Below, one piece after another: positions 10,715-24,601 of a stretch of 64,000 nucleotides of DNA. The notes under the pieces are model-generated. The model searched no databases, was not told the origin of the DNA, and saw only the letters and a list, made by a program, of their open reading frames with translations. The stretch comes from Hamiltosporidium tvaerminnensis FI-OER-3-3 (lineage: Eukaryota; Fungi; Microsporidia): the NCBI GenBank assembly GCA_022605425.2, contig CM061251.1, positions 744,001 to 808,000 of the forward strand. The letters are read 5' to 3'. The first letter of the stretch is position 1, and each line of letters starts with the position of its first letter. The position numbers were made by a program, and so were the translations under genes.

Positions 10715-13656
10715 TTGTTATGAAACCAGCAATAATAAATAATGCCTTCTAACGGAATAAATAATGACTACTGAATCACAGAAACGGACGCAAAACAACA
10801 TTTGCTACTTGGAATTTACGCATCTTGCTGGGGGCAGGGGCATTCAAAAACTTACAAATTAATTTGAGAGATCCATATTACTGTGGTAGCTATTCAGGAA
10901 ATTGGATAGAAGGATACCATAACAATGGACGGCAACCAGCGCACCATGTTTATTAGTAGCAGCTAAATAAGCGAGTTTGGAACGGAATTTAGAGTACAGA
11001 AGAAATTTAAATCTAAAGTAATAAATTTTGAATCTGTAAATGGGAGACTTTGTGCAATACAACTCAAAATGAGACACTTTAACGACTATAATTTTATTGC
11101 ATGCTCCAACTGAAGAATTCAGTAAAAAATACAAAGATTCTTTCTATGAGCAGTTAAAAAAACTAAACAGTAATACGCCTAGAGACGATGGGAAGCTTAT
11201 TTTAGGAGATATTAACGCAAAGGTAGGTAACGAATAAGAATGAAAGCCTATAACAGGAGGGAATGGTTCTCATAATATGTGTAATATAATGTTCTACGGC
11301 TAGGGTATTTCGGAACTGGGTCGAATTTGAATATTGCAAGTATTAACTTTGAAATGCAAGAGAATTCATACGACTACGTGGAAATCACCTTATGATATCT
11401 CTAACAATCAGATTGATCATGTCTTAATTGACCTGAGGCACGGTAGTGATATTCTTGATGTTCGAACATACAGAGGAGCTGATGTTGATTCTGACAATTA
11501 CTTGGTGGTAGTGGACTATCTAAAGACTATCTACGCAAAAAAAAAAGAAAGAGAGGCTAAGTCTGATAGAAAATTGTCAGTAGACAAGTTAAGCAATAAT
11601 CAAGAGACCAGGGAAGGCTATCAAGTACAACTCGAGGATATTTCATGTGAGGTGACAATTAGAGACATTGAAAGGCATTGGGGCGATTAAAAAAGCAATT
11701 AGAAACGCGCCTGAAAAAACCGAAGTCATGAGCCGAAAATCAGGCTGGAACCATGGTTTGATGAGGAATTTAAAGAGGATCTGGAGAAGAGACGGATCGC
11801 TTTGTGAAAGATGCATCAAATGGCCTTAGAGACCCACGAGAAACCTTCCACATAGAAAGCTGGAAAGCAAAACGCATCTTAACGCGAAGAAGAGGAAGAG
11901 TGAAAAAAAAAATTCGAGTTTGGAAACTTTCAAATCCTGGGAAACGGTATAAGGTACCAAGAGTCAAAAGGTGTAAAGCGAGTTTTTTTACGGACACGAT
12001 CTATTGCAAAGCCAAAAAAGGAAAATACTTAGAGACCTAGCAGAATTCTTGAGTAGATAGGCAGAATACTTCTCCGAACTTCTGAATAATAATGCGTTGG
12101 ATGAGAGCTTTACTCTGAGATAGGAGAATGTAGAAGCTGTCGAACCCACTTTTACAGAAGTAGGGGATATCGTTTTAAAGCTAAATAATCACAAAGTATG
12201 TGGATAGGACCCATTGCCAGAGTAGTTTTTTAAATATAAATGAGACAGATTGACCGAAGAGATGTATAAACTGGTGATCGAGATCCGGAAACGAGAGATC
12301 ATGCCCCGAAAGTAAAACACTGGTCTGACCGTGCCATGTTACAAGAAAAAAAGATAAATCAGCAGCAGTAATTATAGGGGAATTTTGCTTTTAAATGCCG
12401 CTAAAAATATTTTCAATAATTCGTGCCAAAAGATTGAAACCCAGAGGAGGAAGTGTAAGCAAAATACCAGTGCGATTTAGATTTAATATATCGAGACGGA
12501 TCAGATGTTTGGGCCGAGGATAATTATGGAAAGGGGTATTAGTTTAATGTAACAGTGCATAAGTTATTCATAGACTTCAGAGCGACTATATCCAGTTACT
12601 TAGGAAACCTTTTCAGTTTAATGCAAAATGTGTTTAGTTTTTCCGCTAAACTCAAAAATTCACGAAAATAACATTAAAGGCAACAAATAGTAAAGTTTAA
12701 TTAAAATTGAACTATTTGGCTTTTTTGTTGTGAAAGAAGACCTGAGACAAGACGATTCACTCTCGACACTTTTCTTAAATCCGGAACGAATCGCAGTACT
12801 AAGGATGTGTCTTATTAATCCCGGATTAAGTATTTTACACAGGAAATGTGAGAAGCTAAGTTTTTCTGATGATATGGCTTTGTAGCGACGAAGTAAGACG
12901 TATGTAAAAAATGTGGACACGGTTAGAATTGAGGCTCAGCAAATAGGGCTGAGAATTGTTAAACCAGGACCGAAGTAGATGATAAATAGTAGAAGCGCCA
13001 CGAAATGGAGATATATGGACGATTTCCACGGATTTGAAAGGGTTAAGCAGTTCACATACCCGGGTCTAGGTAACGAAAATAATGAAGTAACTGCGAAGAT
13101 TCAAGCAAGGATAGTAGAGTAAAACCGGTATTACTATAGTTTTAATAGTACCCTGAAGTTCTCGCTAATTTCAAAGCAACTCAAAATTAAGATGTATCAA
13201 ACGATTATCCAGCCGATGGTAACCTACGGTTCGGAAGCATAGACCTTACAATAAAGAACCAAAACACTTTCAAGAGTAGCGAATGGAAAGTATCACGAAA
13301 AATCTACTGCGCAGTTTGTGATGGCTCCGTGTAGAAAATCAGAACTAACACGGAATTGGAAATGATCTAAAGAGGTCTTTCAATAGTGAATGTAAATAAA
13401 GAAAGGCGGTCGAGATTACTTGGACGTCTTCAGAGGATAGATTTTAATATGGTTTCCAAAAAAGATTGAATTTTGATGCGAGAGAGACAGGGATTACCAA
13501 GCGTACGGAAAAGGTGGATAGATGATGTCGCAGCCGAGCTTTAAAATCTCTAAGGTCACAATTAGAGAGCGGAAGCGTATCATACACAATAATGACGATT
13601 GACCTTGTTGCACTAACCAAGGTTCTGCAAGAAGTGTAGCGCCAATTATGATCAAA
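10715..13656 (+). mobile_element. Near full-length, degenerate RTE-clade LINE (APE endonuclease + RT)
   Basis: FATWN, AIQE, GDINAKVG, NQIDHVL, GADVDSD, SR*AEYFSELLN, NYRGI, LRQDDSLS and YGSEA*TL, with many stops and frameshifts. 12-bp TSD GAACATAAAATG at 10703-10714 and 13657-13668. Confidence 0.92.
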
Positions 13657-13784
13657 GAACATAAAATGAAATGCAAGGATTTATTTAGAAATTATATTTA
13701 AAATGGTTTGTTTATAATATTCAGTGATAATATTTTAAAACACTGACTTTAAGTCTATTTGTATGTTAGCTCTATAGCAAAAGA

Positions 13785-13845
13785 TATTTACTTATTTTAC
13801 TTCTCTTATACCTCTCGGTGTTGAGGATGAAAAAATAGAACGCCT
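13785..13845 (-). repeat. 3' fragment of SINE-like family D
   Basis: TACCTCTCGGTGTTGAGGATGAAAAAAT matches 14471-14500. Confidence 0.55.
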
Positions 13846-14450
13846 TGAAAAATATATATAATTTGGTAAAATACATTATATTTTTCTGTAAAAAAAATAT
13901 GTGCAGATTAGTTTATTTGAACCTAAAAATATTGATATTCAAAAAAGAATCCTAAAATAGATTTTTTATCTTAGAATTTAGTAAATAAAGAGAAGCACAA
14001 TAGATGACATATGTAAAATATTTTGTAATAAGAAAAAATAATATATGATACAGACCTATCCACTACCTATTCCCAGCCAAATTAAATGCAAAATAGAATA
14101 AAATCATATAGATAAATTTTATTACTAAACTTTTAAGTAATAAGCTTTAAACGTTTTCGTTAATCTATTTCATAGTTAGAAAGAAGGAAAATATATTGTG
14201 GTTCTTCCAAAAAAGATTCTTTTTGAAATAAAATAGATTGTGACAAATATAGAATTAGAAAATTTTTAAATTATATTAATTTTACTTTTCAACATGATTG
14301 CAACCAAAAAACATGTTTTTTAAAACGAGAAAAAAAATTTAAAAGCATCTACGGCATATGTTGACAATACTATAATAAAATCAATGACGTAAAATTAAGA
14401 GATAAGGCAAGAAGAATCCTTTTCCTTTTTATACATCTTACTGGTGCTTA

Positions 14451-14662
14451 CTTCTTATTCCATTACTTTTTACCTCTCAGTGTCGAGGATGAACAAATGA
14501 AAAACTTCCATTTTTTTAAATATGTTGTACTCGGATTATAGAGGATCAACCATAGATCCGATGTGTTTTATATTCTACCACAATGGCAGCAATTATTTTC
14601 ACACGTATTATACACACTCATTACTAAGCAGATGGTTTTAAATGTTGTTATCATCTCTTTAT
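14451..14662 (-). mobile_element. SINE-like retroposed element, family D
   Basis: Inverted homolog of 628-844, with a degenerate 15-bp TSD TCTTACTGGT(G/A)CT(T/A)A at 14436-14450 and 14663-14677. Confidence 0.7.
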
Positions 14663-14739
14663 TCTTACTGGTACTAATGAAATAAAATAAATTGATTGGT
14701 AAAACATCAGAACTATCAGCTGAATTAAGGAAGAGCAAA

Positions 14740-15300
14740 AGAATTCCTGTTAAAACGTGTAGAGATTGTCGAAACCTCCGGGTTTGGGGAAATTTATGTA
14801 TAATTCAGACGATCTTTCGATATTATAGGTAAGAAATGATTAAGTGCAAAATTTTTACGTGCATAAATAATCAACAAGTATATACTGCTTCAGATTTATC
14901 TTAATAGCTCAGAATTGCTACATAAACCTTTATTTAAAGTATCATTGCAAACGAAGTCCCCATCAAGTGTCTATTGCACTTAAAATCTCATTTTTCTTGA
15001 AATGCACCTGGTATTCTATAAAGCGATAATTGAAACTAGAAACGAACGGTTAAAACAAATATTTGCAAATAATGACATTATTTATTTCGAAAAGATAATT
15101 ATTTATAAAAAAAGACACATTGAGAGATGCAACCAATGAATTCTACCGTCTTGAAATATGTCAAAAATTATCTAACCGAATGTGATGGTCGATTTGTAGA
15201 AAAAATTATGTTTATCTCAGATTAAACGTGGGTTAGATCCTCTGTATAAGGTATCGAGAAAAGTATCCAGTGGTTTTATAAGCGGAAACAATTTTAAATT
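14740..15300 (+). pseudogene. Highly degenerate rve-type integrase remnant (Ginger/KRBA2-like or LTR-derived)
   Basis: Fragments KTCRDC, NKYILL, APGIL*SDN and RHIERCNQ occur in the order expected for the zinc finger and DDE core. Confidence 0.45.
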
Positions 15301-15472
15301 CAAGAAATGTAAAACATACAAATAACATCTTTAAGATTCGAGAGTATAGAAATTTTAAAACATAGTTTAAACAAGCATTGTGCTGCCTTTAAATAAATAT
15401 CAAGTGTATTTAGGCGTAGAATTTCAAATTACATTAAATTCTTGCAACAATCACAATTAAAAACGGGGTGAG

Positions 15473-15676
15473 ATGTTGGTTCGTATAAAAAGAAATACGG
15501 ATGTATATTCAGTTTTAACATCAATCAATCACGATGTAGTATGTTGGTTCGTATAAAAAGAAATACGGATGTATATTCAGTGTTAACATCAATCAATCAC
15601 GATGTAGTATGTTGGTTCGTATAAAAAGAAATACGGATGTATATTCAGTGTTAAAATCAATCAATCACGATGTAGT
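15473..15676. repeat. 68-bp tandem repeat x3, near-identical
   Basis: ATGTTGGTTCGTATAAAAAG...CACGATGTAGT starts at 15473, 15541 and 15609. Confidence 0.95.
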
Positions 15677-16790
15677 GCTATAAGAAAGGTATGCTGATAG
15701 AAAAAAAAGACAAAAAAAGTTATGATTGCGCTAATTGAAGAACTGCTTGGTAAGTTGTTAATGGATCTAGGAATAATACTTTTTTAAAGAATGTGACACG
15801 GAAGGCAGAAGTTTGTGAAAAAAAATTGCTTTTAAACTATCATTATGATGAATTATCTCATATTGAGTACAACATGGATGATTAAGGCTTTAACCACAAA
15901 ACAGCCCTTTTTATTTAGGCTGTTAAGTCAATTCATATAATTTTTTTTAATTGCATGCTGAATATTTCAATATTTTACTGTCTATTTGCATTTATTAAAA
16001 AATGAATACAATTGAATATGATTACAAGCAAGAAAGTATGAAAAAAATAATTTAATTGTATAAATTGATCTAGAGTATCATTCTAATTTTTATGTGAATA
16101 AATTCGACACTTATTACGATCTTTAAAATGATAGCAGAATAGACCAAAATAAAATTTATTAACTTGTATTGAAATTTTTAAATGGCATTCACATACAAAT
16201 AAAATTAAATTCAAAAGAACTTTTTCAAACCAATGAAAATACGTAAATCAAAAAAATTGTAGGATTAATTGAAAAAATTTGTTTATAACCACAATAAATA
16301 TTCCTTTGATTAAATAATTTTAAAATTCAAATATTTGATATGTAATCTAAAAAATACATTCTAAGTATAAAAGTTCCATTGTACAACATATCTATAAATC
16401 AGAAATTAAAAACGAATTTTTGTTAAAAAACAAAAAAAAATCGATAGGTATCAGCAATCATAATAAAACACCAAAATAATTTACTATACTTTAGAATCGA
16501 GGATGTACCAGAAATTCAACGAGATATGTTGTAAATAAGTATCCATAGAGAAGAGAATTAAATTACAATGAGAAGGAAGCAACCCAAAAAGAAATGAAAT
16601 CCAGTAAAATTCAAAGATTTAAATCAGAAATAATTTTTAAAAAGGGAATTATTTAGAGAAACAAATCAATAAAATAAGATAAAATTTCAACGATAACGAT
16701 ATTCTTCGTATGAATATAAATTCTAATTAAGTTTCTTATTTTTAAAAGTAAAATTTTTTCAACCTTCAATTTATTTTAAATTAAAAAATC

Positions 16791-18089
16791 TCAGATATTT
16801 TCTTCATTAAAACGAGATGGTCTCGGTGCATCAGAAATAGAATAATCCACCCTTACTTCACGACCAAGTATAGATTTACCAAGAAGACCTTCTTTTGCTG
16901 AAATAGAAGCATCAATAGATGAAAAATAGACAAACGCAAATCCTCGAGAATCACCAGTTTCTCTGTCTTTAACCAAATGAACGTTATCATATGCAACATC
17001 TGGAATATTTTCCATTAAAAAATCTTTAACATCTTCGATTGTTGCTTGCACTCCCAAACCAAAAAGTCCAATGACTTTAGACGGTGGTGGATTTACTGGG
17101 ACCGGTCTTTTGGTTCTTTTGTTCCCGAATTCGTCCCCAGATCTACCTCGTCTTGAATCTCTTCGATCGATGGAATCTTCGTAGAATGCTTCTCTATCTC
17201 TTCCCTCTGACCTTCCTCGGTATCCTCGTCTACCTTCAGTTCCGTATCCTTCTCTCTTATAAGAAGAACCGCCTCTTCTAAAATCATCACGGCCTCCTTC
17301 ACGACCATATGAACCCTCTTCGCCGGGTCTTCCTCTTCTAAAATCAGTGTTTCTTTCATAACGATCATCTTCTGGTCTAAAATCACCAAAAGATCTGTCT
17401 TCGTCATATCTTCTGGGTGGTTTTCGTTCATCAAATCCTCTTTCCCTATCTTCAGCATACTCATCGTTAAGTCTTCTTTTTCTTGGATATTCTGATCGGT
17501 TGTTCCTCTCGCCATCCCATCCTCCGGTTTTTCGTTCACGTCCTTCACTGGACCACTTACCATCATCCTGTCTTCTTTCTCGTTCACCACCCTCAGATCT
17601 TCTGGATGGTCTTCCTTCTTCCCATCTTTCTTTATTTCGACCACCATAAGCCCGTTCTCCATCATATGAGTCACCTCTACGGCCTCTTCCGGTGTCATAC
17701 GAATTATTTCTTTGATCATCGAATCGCCTCGGTGGTCTACGATCTGATCGCCCATAATTATCATTTCGATCAGATTCATATTTTTTCTTATTCGACGAAA
17801 AATCTCCATCATCATTTCCCCATCCTTTAATAACAGGAACATCAGCATCATCAATATTTCTTTTCACTTCACCTTCACTTCGACCCATACTTCTTTCATT
17901 TTGATTGTCAAATTGTGAATAATCATTATCACCATCTCTCTTACTTCTACTATCAGTATCCCATCTACTTTCTCGCCCTTCGTATGTAGAATTTTCTTTT
18001 GAAGTATCAGATTTCTTCTCATTATCTTTCTTTGTATCCCATTCTGTATTTTTTTCAACCGTTTGACTTGTTTCTGTTTCTCCACTCAT
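16791..18089 (-). CDS. Transformer-2-like RRM protein with a long R/D/G/E low-complexity N-terminus, 432 aa
   Basis: NPPPSKVIGLFGL..SRGFAFVYF..GREVRVDYSI resembles the Tra2 RRM. Start re-placed at MSGET because CCCC lies just upstream. Confidence 0.85.
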   Translation of the reverse strand: MSGETETSQTVEKNTEWDTKKDNEKKSDTSKENSTYEGRESRWDTDSRSKRDGDNDYSQFDNQNERSMGRSEGEVKRNIDDADVPVIKGWGNDDGDFSSNKKKYESDRNDNYGRSDRRPPRRFDDQRNNSYDTGRGRRGDSYDGERAYGGRNKERWEEGRPSRRSEGGERERRQDDGKWSSEGRERKTGGWDGERNNRSEYPRKRRLNDEYAEDRERGFDERKPPRRYDEDRSFGDFRPEDDRYERNTDFRRGRPGEEGSYGREGGRDDFRRGGSSYKREGYGTEGRRGYRGRSEGRDREAFYEDSIDRRDSRRGRSGDEFGNKRTKRPVPVNPPPSKVIGLFGLGVQATIEDVKDFLMENIPDVAYDNVHLVKDRETGDSRGFAFVYFSSIDASISAKEGLLGKSILGREVRVDYSISDAPRPSRFNEENI

Positions 18090-19460
18090 TTTGAAATAAG
18101 GGGTAATTTTTTTTAAATTTATTTGCACAAAAATTTTAAAAAAAGATAAATTTCTACAAATTTCTACAAATTAAAAAACGTATTTAAAAAAAACATAAAT
18201 CTTACACAGAGTATCGTTCATATATAAAAACATAAATCTTACACACCGATCCATTTATATAAAATAATATAAATCTTACACAGAGTACCATTCATATATA
18301 AAAATATAAGTATTACATCAAAGTATCATTCATATATAAAAATATAAGTATTACATCAAAGTACCATTCATGTATAAAAACAAAAATCTTACATACCGAT
18401 CCATTCATATATAAAATACCATTTATATAAAAAGTATTATTCTCTTATCATTTTATAATTCATGATTGTATTATCATTCTAATTTAAATTACATTAATAG
18501 ATCAAAGAACCATTTTTTTGTAAAAATATAATTTTACATTAAATTACGTTAAAATATTTGCTTATTCAACACACAAGTACAATACTTACTATTCACTGAA
18601 ATAAAAACATAGTTTGAATTCTTTGTATAAACCCGAATCAGATCATGATAATATCTAAATATTTCATTTCGTTTGCACATTTTTTTAAATATTTATAATT
18701 TTTACAAACCAATCAAAACAGCAAAAATCGTTAAATTATACAATACTTCTCATAAAAATTACTTTAAAATTGTAAATTCTTTAAAAAGAACATTTTACTC
18801 ATAATCATATAAACAGTAGACTTGTTAATAACTATATTCCTGTTCAGAAGTAAAATCAAATGAATTATTTTAATAATTAAATAATATTTTTAAAGTCTCT
18901 TCATTGTATATAATAAAGTATAAATTATTGTAAATTCATTTGAAAAAATATTTGAAATTCTAGATTTTTAATACAATTTTTAAAAAAGTCGATTTAATCT
19001 AAAAATTATTAAACTGAATATATAATATTTATATATTGATATAATTGCTAATTATGTGTATTATTCTTCAATTAATTTGTATTATTTTATATTTTAAATG
19101 TTTTTCTTTACTTTGAAGAATGTGGTTATTTTTATCTAATTTTTAAGAATATTTATTTCGTATATAAAACTAAATATGAATACTTACCAATATGATGAAC
19201 TGTTGTGTTATAAATAAATAAAAGAGTTTTATTATTAAGTTTGGATGGTAATTTTTTATACATTTTTATTCTTCTCGGATTCAAATGAATTATTTATTTA
19301 ACCTGCAAACCATTTGTTCTTTTTTGGTAGTTTCATGTAAATTCTATTTCTTAATTTACTTAAAAGATTTCTACTGGTAAAGTTGATTTTTTTTTTATAT
19401 TTTGTTATATTTGAAACTGGATATTAGAATATTAAAATATGGCCCTTGCAATACTTTTTT

Positions 19461-20183
19461 TTATTTAAGAATATTTCTTTCTTTTTAAAACAGTGGCAAT
19501 TGTTATATTGTTTTCATGACTTTAACTCAGGTTCTAGGGTAACTTAAATAACTGCTTTCTCAAAACGCCATTAAAATCCCTGCGATATCTACTTCTCAAA
19601 GGCTTTCATCTACCAGGTGTGTAAAACCTTCTAATAGACGAGGCAATGGCTCGAAGTTCGATGATGTCTGTTCCATGGATTGTGATAGAAGCCCGAAGCT
19701 TAACCAGATATCCCCTGAACTATGCAGCATTTCCACTTACTCTACACTTTCTGAACCCAATAAAGTTCTAGCTAAGATATATTTCAGATACTTTTATGGA
19801 TCTAGTTAACAAGGCAATGCCATACCAACAGGTATAACCTGCTACTTAGCTCTCCCGGCTTTAAATGGTTTTTATTTTTATATCTTACAGGCTCTAAGTC
19901 TTTTACCCGAGTAAGCAATGCTAGGTTTCCATGCTTTAACATTGTAATTAATTACCTACAATTTCAGCCGCAGTCTTCAATCTAGTTACATAAAAAATTA
20001 AAAAAGTAAATTTGGAAAATGAAGTTTCGCCATTTCGTAGACCTTCCTCTCCTCGTAGAAACATCCACGGACTAACCAAAAATTAGTGTGGTTATATTTC
20101 ACCAAAAATCCTAACATTATTTCATACATCAATTCACCTATTCCATACCAAGCTAAAGGTTTTTATTCTGGTTATATCCACTC
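19461..20183 (+). repeat. Interspersed repeat family A
   Basis: Colinear with 58328-59057. Confidence 0.85.
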
Positions 20184-20559
20184 TCTAATATAGATATTTA
20201 AATTTAAAGCATATTTTGGAATTGTAAAGTATTTGATACATGAATAAAACTTTATAAAAAAAACATTTGTTTACATTTTTTTCTTTTGATTTTTAGAATT
20301 TTTATATTTGAATTATCGATTAATATTAAAAGAAATACATTGAATCCATTCGAATATTTTATTGGTAAAATTGAGATGTTTTTAATCTAATTTCAATTTG
20401 CGTTTATTTATAGTATTATTGGTAATACTCACTTGAATGTGGTTTTTAACCCGATATAAAGTAAAAAAATAATAGATGAAAATAATACGTTAAATATTTT
20501 ATTAAGAATCATAAAAGGTATGTTTCTTATTTCTTTTCCTCTGAAGTAAGGGGTAAAAA

Positions 20560-23500
20560 TTACTCAAGAACGCTTTTCAAGGATTCATTAACCTTAAAGG
20601 CATTCCAACCTCTTTCATTTGGTCTCTTTATAGTCCAGGCTTATCACCATAAAAATATATGCTCGAAGGTAATGTTCCTAAAATTTCCTCAACGAATTCG
20701 TAGGCTTTTCATTCTTTTTAGAGACAAATTCCTCCTCAGACTTCTTAACCATCTGAGGAATTACAAAGTCAAAGCAGTCGAATAAATTCATGTATATCAA
20801 AACAATTTTAGCCCAGTGTTTTAGGGCATCGGTAAAACATATTTTTTTGTAAGGTATTTTTCGCAAAAAAAAATTTAAACTCATCTTTAAATAAATAATG
20901 ACTATTTACAGTCTGAAACTCGGTCTTATAGTTTTTTTTTAAAAGTTCTTTGTACAATATCTTTACATCGACTTTGTGGTAATCTATATTTTCCTCTAAA
21001 CTTTTGATATAAAAAATCTTCCCTTAGTTTGCCTATATCATCCTGTGTTTGGCTTAAGCCATTTTTTTCAAGCTCTTTTTTTATAAATTTTGTAGGAAAA
21101 AGTGTATTATCCATATCGAATACTAATACCTTTTCTTTGTAATCTATCGATGCAATTCTTGTATTAGAAAGAGATACATATGTCGTTTCGTCAGGAAAAG
21201 CTCCTAAATATACGAAATTGCTGCTAATCTTTTCTAAATAATTAAAAATGTTTTCAAACTTATCAAATGGTTCTGTTTATACTTAACTTAATAATTTTTT
21301 GTAGTGATTTTCAAAATATGCAAGACATTTCTTAGAAAAATCCGTAAAAACGATTTCTTTTGCTTTCTCATTCATATATTTTAAACTTTGGTCCATCATT
21401 TCTGACAAATTGGTTACAAAGTGTTCCTCGTGAAACGCCTTGTCAAAACCGGATATATAATACTTTTGAAAAACAATCTGGAACAATTCTGATATCCTTG
21501 AGTGAAACCCGTATGCTTGGTTTCAAATTTCCCAATCTATATCCATATTATATATATATTTGAGAATTTTATTATCCACACCATTAGCCTCCAAATTTTT
21601 TCGTCTAAGATTCGTTTCAACGGTATCTTGTGTTTCATTATCAAACTTAACTCTGTTTCAGTATTCCCAAACAAGAAATCATAAATGTATAACTCTTTTA
21701 TATTTTTATTCGGATTGGATTGTTCTTCTGATTTAATTCACATTTCGTAACTATATCAGTGTTAACGGATATCACGATATTATTTAAATCGTTTGCAATA
21801 ATCTCTTTGAATCTTCACTACAGCTTTCACAGATCTCTATTTTCCTTTTAAAATCATCAGACAAGTGTTGAGAGACATATGAATCAAAATTAATAAGAAA
21901 TTCATCTTTGTCATCTAAGTTTTTAACTGTTTGGCTGCTAAGCAATTATTGCAAGAACGCACGAAAACTGCGGGACTTATTTTCAATTGATGTTGTCAAT
22001 TTTTTTTTTTTATATATATATTGTTTCGCACAACTACAATGTAACAAGTGTTATTGATAACATAGAAAAACAAGTGGTCGTTAAAAATTAAAATTTATAA
22101 AAAGATAACTTAAAGTTTATTGATTTTCTCTTATGATCAGCACGTGAATCAATGATTTCGAATGATTCCGGCGTAGGCACTAGGTGATACATGATAACAA
22201 TTACTATCGATAATACACTAGGTAGTATCACATAATAAATTATTTTGTGATACTACCTAGTGTTTTTCCGAACTTAAAGGATCGTTTTCATGAGAGTGAA
22301 AAATTCTGACTCTTACTTAAAAAATTTATGTATTACAACTATGTTTTGCCGCACAAATAGCGTGAAGGCCTTTTTTACAACAAGCGCAAATAAAGTGGAA
22401 TCGCTTGATCCCGCTCCTTCTGTTGCTACACACCGCACATTGTCGTAAGTTACGACCCGGTAATTTTTCAAGCGCAAATTTATTAGTTGATGAAGATGGT
22501 TGTGTTGAAACGCTATTTTTATGGTACATCTACTCCTTTTCGATGTCGTCAATAATTTTCGATGTAAATTTGAGCCGGTTCATTTTTTTTTCAGTAGTGT
22601 TTGAAACATATAAAATATATGAGTTCAGCACCATTCTTCCAAATACGTCGAATACTACTTTCTTCCAATACTTGAGGGTTCTTCGCTCGTCTAAACACAC
22701 GTATAGCATTTTGTCGCACTCGTCCACACCACCCATGTATTTATTGTAGTCATGAATCATGCTTGGTTTCATCTTTTCGTATTCAAAATTCCCTTTCTTT
22801 TTCTTGATCGTCACACTATTAGTATCCGAATTTGATGAAATCAGTATGACTGGGTTTGGTTTGGACTTTTTGTCGCTGAAAGAGCACATCAATACATTTT
22901 CATGTGTCATGTATTTCGCTTCTCCTACGATTGCTTTCTTAGCTTCTGGAGGAATCTCTTTTCTGTTAGTCTAATTGTTCCAGTTAGATAGGTATTTTGT
23001 TTCAAAAGGGCTTTGGCCAAGCGTAAGCTTGTGTAAAAATTATCTGTAAACAGATGATAGCCCTTGAACAGATAATTGCCAGTTGAAAGCAATTTTCGCG
23101 CAACCGTAAATCCAAGGCCATATTTTTGTACTAAATCTCTGTCATCTGTATTTTTAGCACCTTTGTAGCAAAAAAAACCCAAGCAATATTTAGAAATCGA
23201 GTCGCACAACATCCAAAATTTTTTCCCCTATTTATGGTGTTTTTTGTTTGGGATGTATTGTTTTATGGCAGAATGACAGTGAGTACCAACTAACGACTCG
23301 TCGATAGATAATTGTTGATTTGGTATATAATTCCGCTGAAATACAGTATTTGCATGTTTGACAAGCATATCAAATCTGCCGCATGGGTCATAATTCGGAT
23401 GTCCTGGTTCAAATAATGACGTATTGTCAATCAAGTGAAAAAACTTCAAAATCAGTTGAAACCTATCCCTTGAAAACATTGTCCTAAACCATGGTAATTG

Positions 23501-24601
23501 CCGGGAACCTGTTGCCCAATAACTATCAATTGTTGGCCTTCTCGTAATCCCCATTTCGAGTAAGACTGCAATAAAGGCTTTGATTTCGTATATCGTTGTC
23601 GGCATCCACTTTTTTGCTCGAGAATTATTCAAAACAGTGTGCGAGGCAAAAAACTGGGTAGCATATCGATTTGTTTCCCTTACAATGGTTTCAAGGAGTG
23701 ATGTGGTAAAAGATAAATTGAAATATGTTACCGGTGAAGCATCGGGGGGAGGCGCACATCTAGGTCCAGGAGTCTCGAAAAAATTATTTGTTGCTTTGGA
23801 AAACACATTAGTCGGAGGAATATTCGTAAAAGTTGGTGTTTCCTCTGCTTCTGAAGATGAGATAGAAGACTCACTTTCAATCCTCAGTCTTTTTCTTCGA
23901 TGAGTTATAATAATGCTATCATCACTACTTGTGTCACCACCAATTTCACCATCCTCAGAATCGCTAGCAATCGAAACAACGTCCGAAATAATAGTCCGTG
24001 ACATGGTTATATTTTTTAAATAATATATAAAAACGGTAAAAAGTTAGTTTAGAATACACTCGTGTTACAAAGTACTCGCGAGGTCAGACTACGTTCAATT
24101 CCACGGAGCAAAAAGACACACTGTGACTGGCAGCGCGAAAGCGCTGCGTCGCTGTTTTCGAGACAAATGAACGAAGCGCATTCGCGCCGCGAGCAGTCAA
24201 ACGGTTAAAATATGTATTAATAATATCTTTAAATTCGCAAAAAACCGAATAGATGATCCGTGTTTTAAAATTAAAAGCCATAAAAAATACTCATCTTTTT
24301 TGAAATTTCTTTAAAACATAGAATTTCACTTTCGTTTGGTGTGATATGCATCATATTATTTTGCAAGGCCTTAATATATTATTGTAAAGCAAAACGATTA
24401 ACTTATTTTGAAATATGTGTTTTAAATATTGGTTCTTCTATGCTACTCGAAAGACTCTTTGATTTAATAGAATTCACAAAAAAAACAGCAACGTTATAGC
24501 AATCGGATTTGATCGCAGTTCAGATCTCTATTTTCGATTTTTATTACTTCAGAATCTTCTTTGGTACAAACAACAAAAAATATCCAGAATAAAATGCGCA
24601 T
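20560..24601 (-). pseudogene. Pseudogenised paralog of the signal-peptide HAD nucleotidase at 28463-30241, interrupted by piggyBac
   Basis: MRILFWIFFVVCTKEDSE start, FKTRIIYSVF, VLVFDMDNTLFP, KKICFTDA and GWNAF fragments, with stops and frameshifts. Confidence 0.88.
21927..24204 (-). mobile_element. piggyBac DNA transposon with an inactivated transposase
   Basis: TTAA TSDs at 21923-21926 and 24205-24208; TIRs CTGTTTGGCTGCT and CCGTTTGACTGCT. SIDESLV, DNFYTS, YNKYMGGVD and a C-terminal Cys-rich domain are split across four ORFs. Confidence 0.95.

Noticed and set aside
17093-17854. 253-aa alternative-frame ORF inside the Tra2-like gene
   Set aside because: Shadow ORF expected from purine-rich, low-complexity coding sequence; it has no motif and no start signal of its own.
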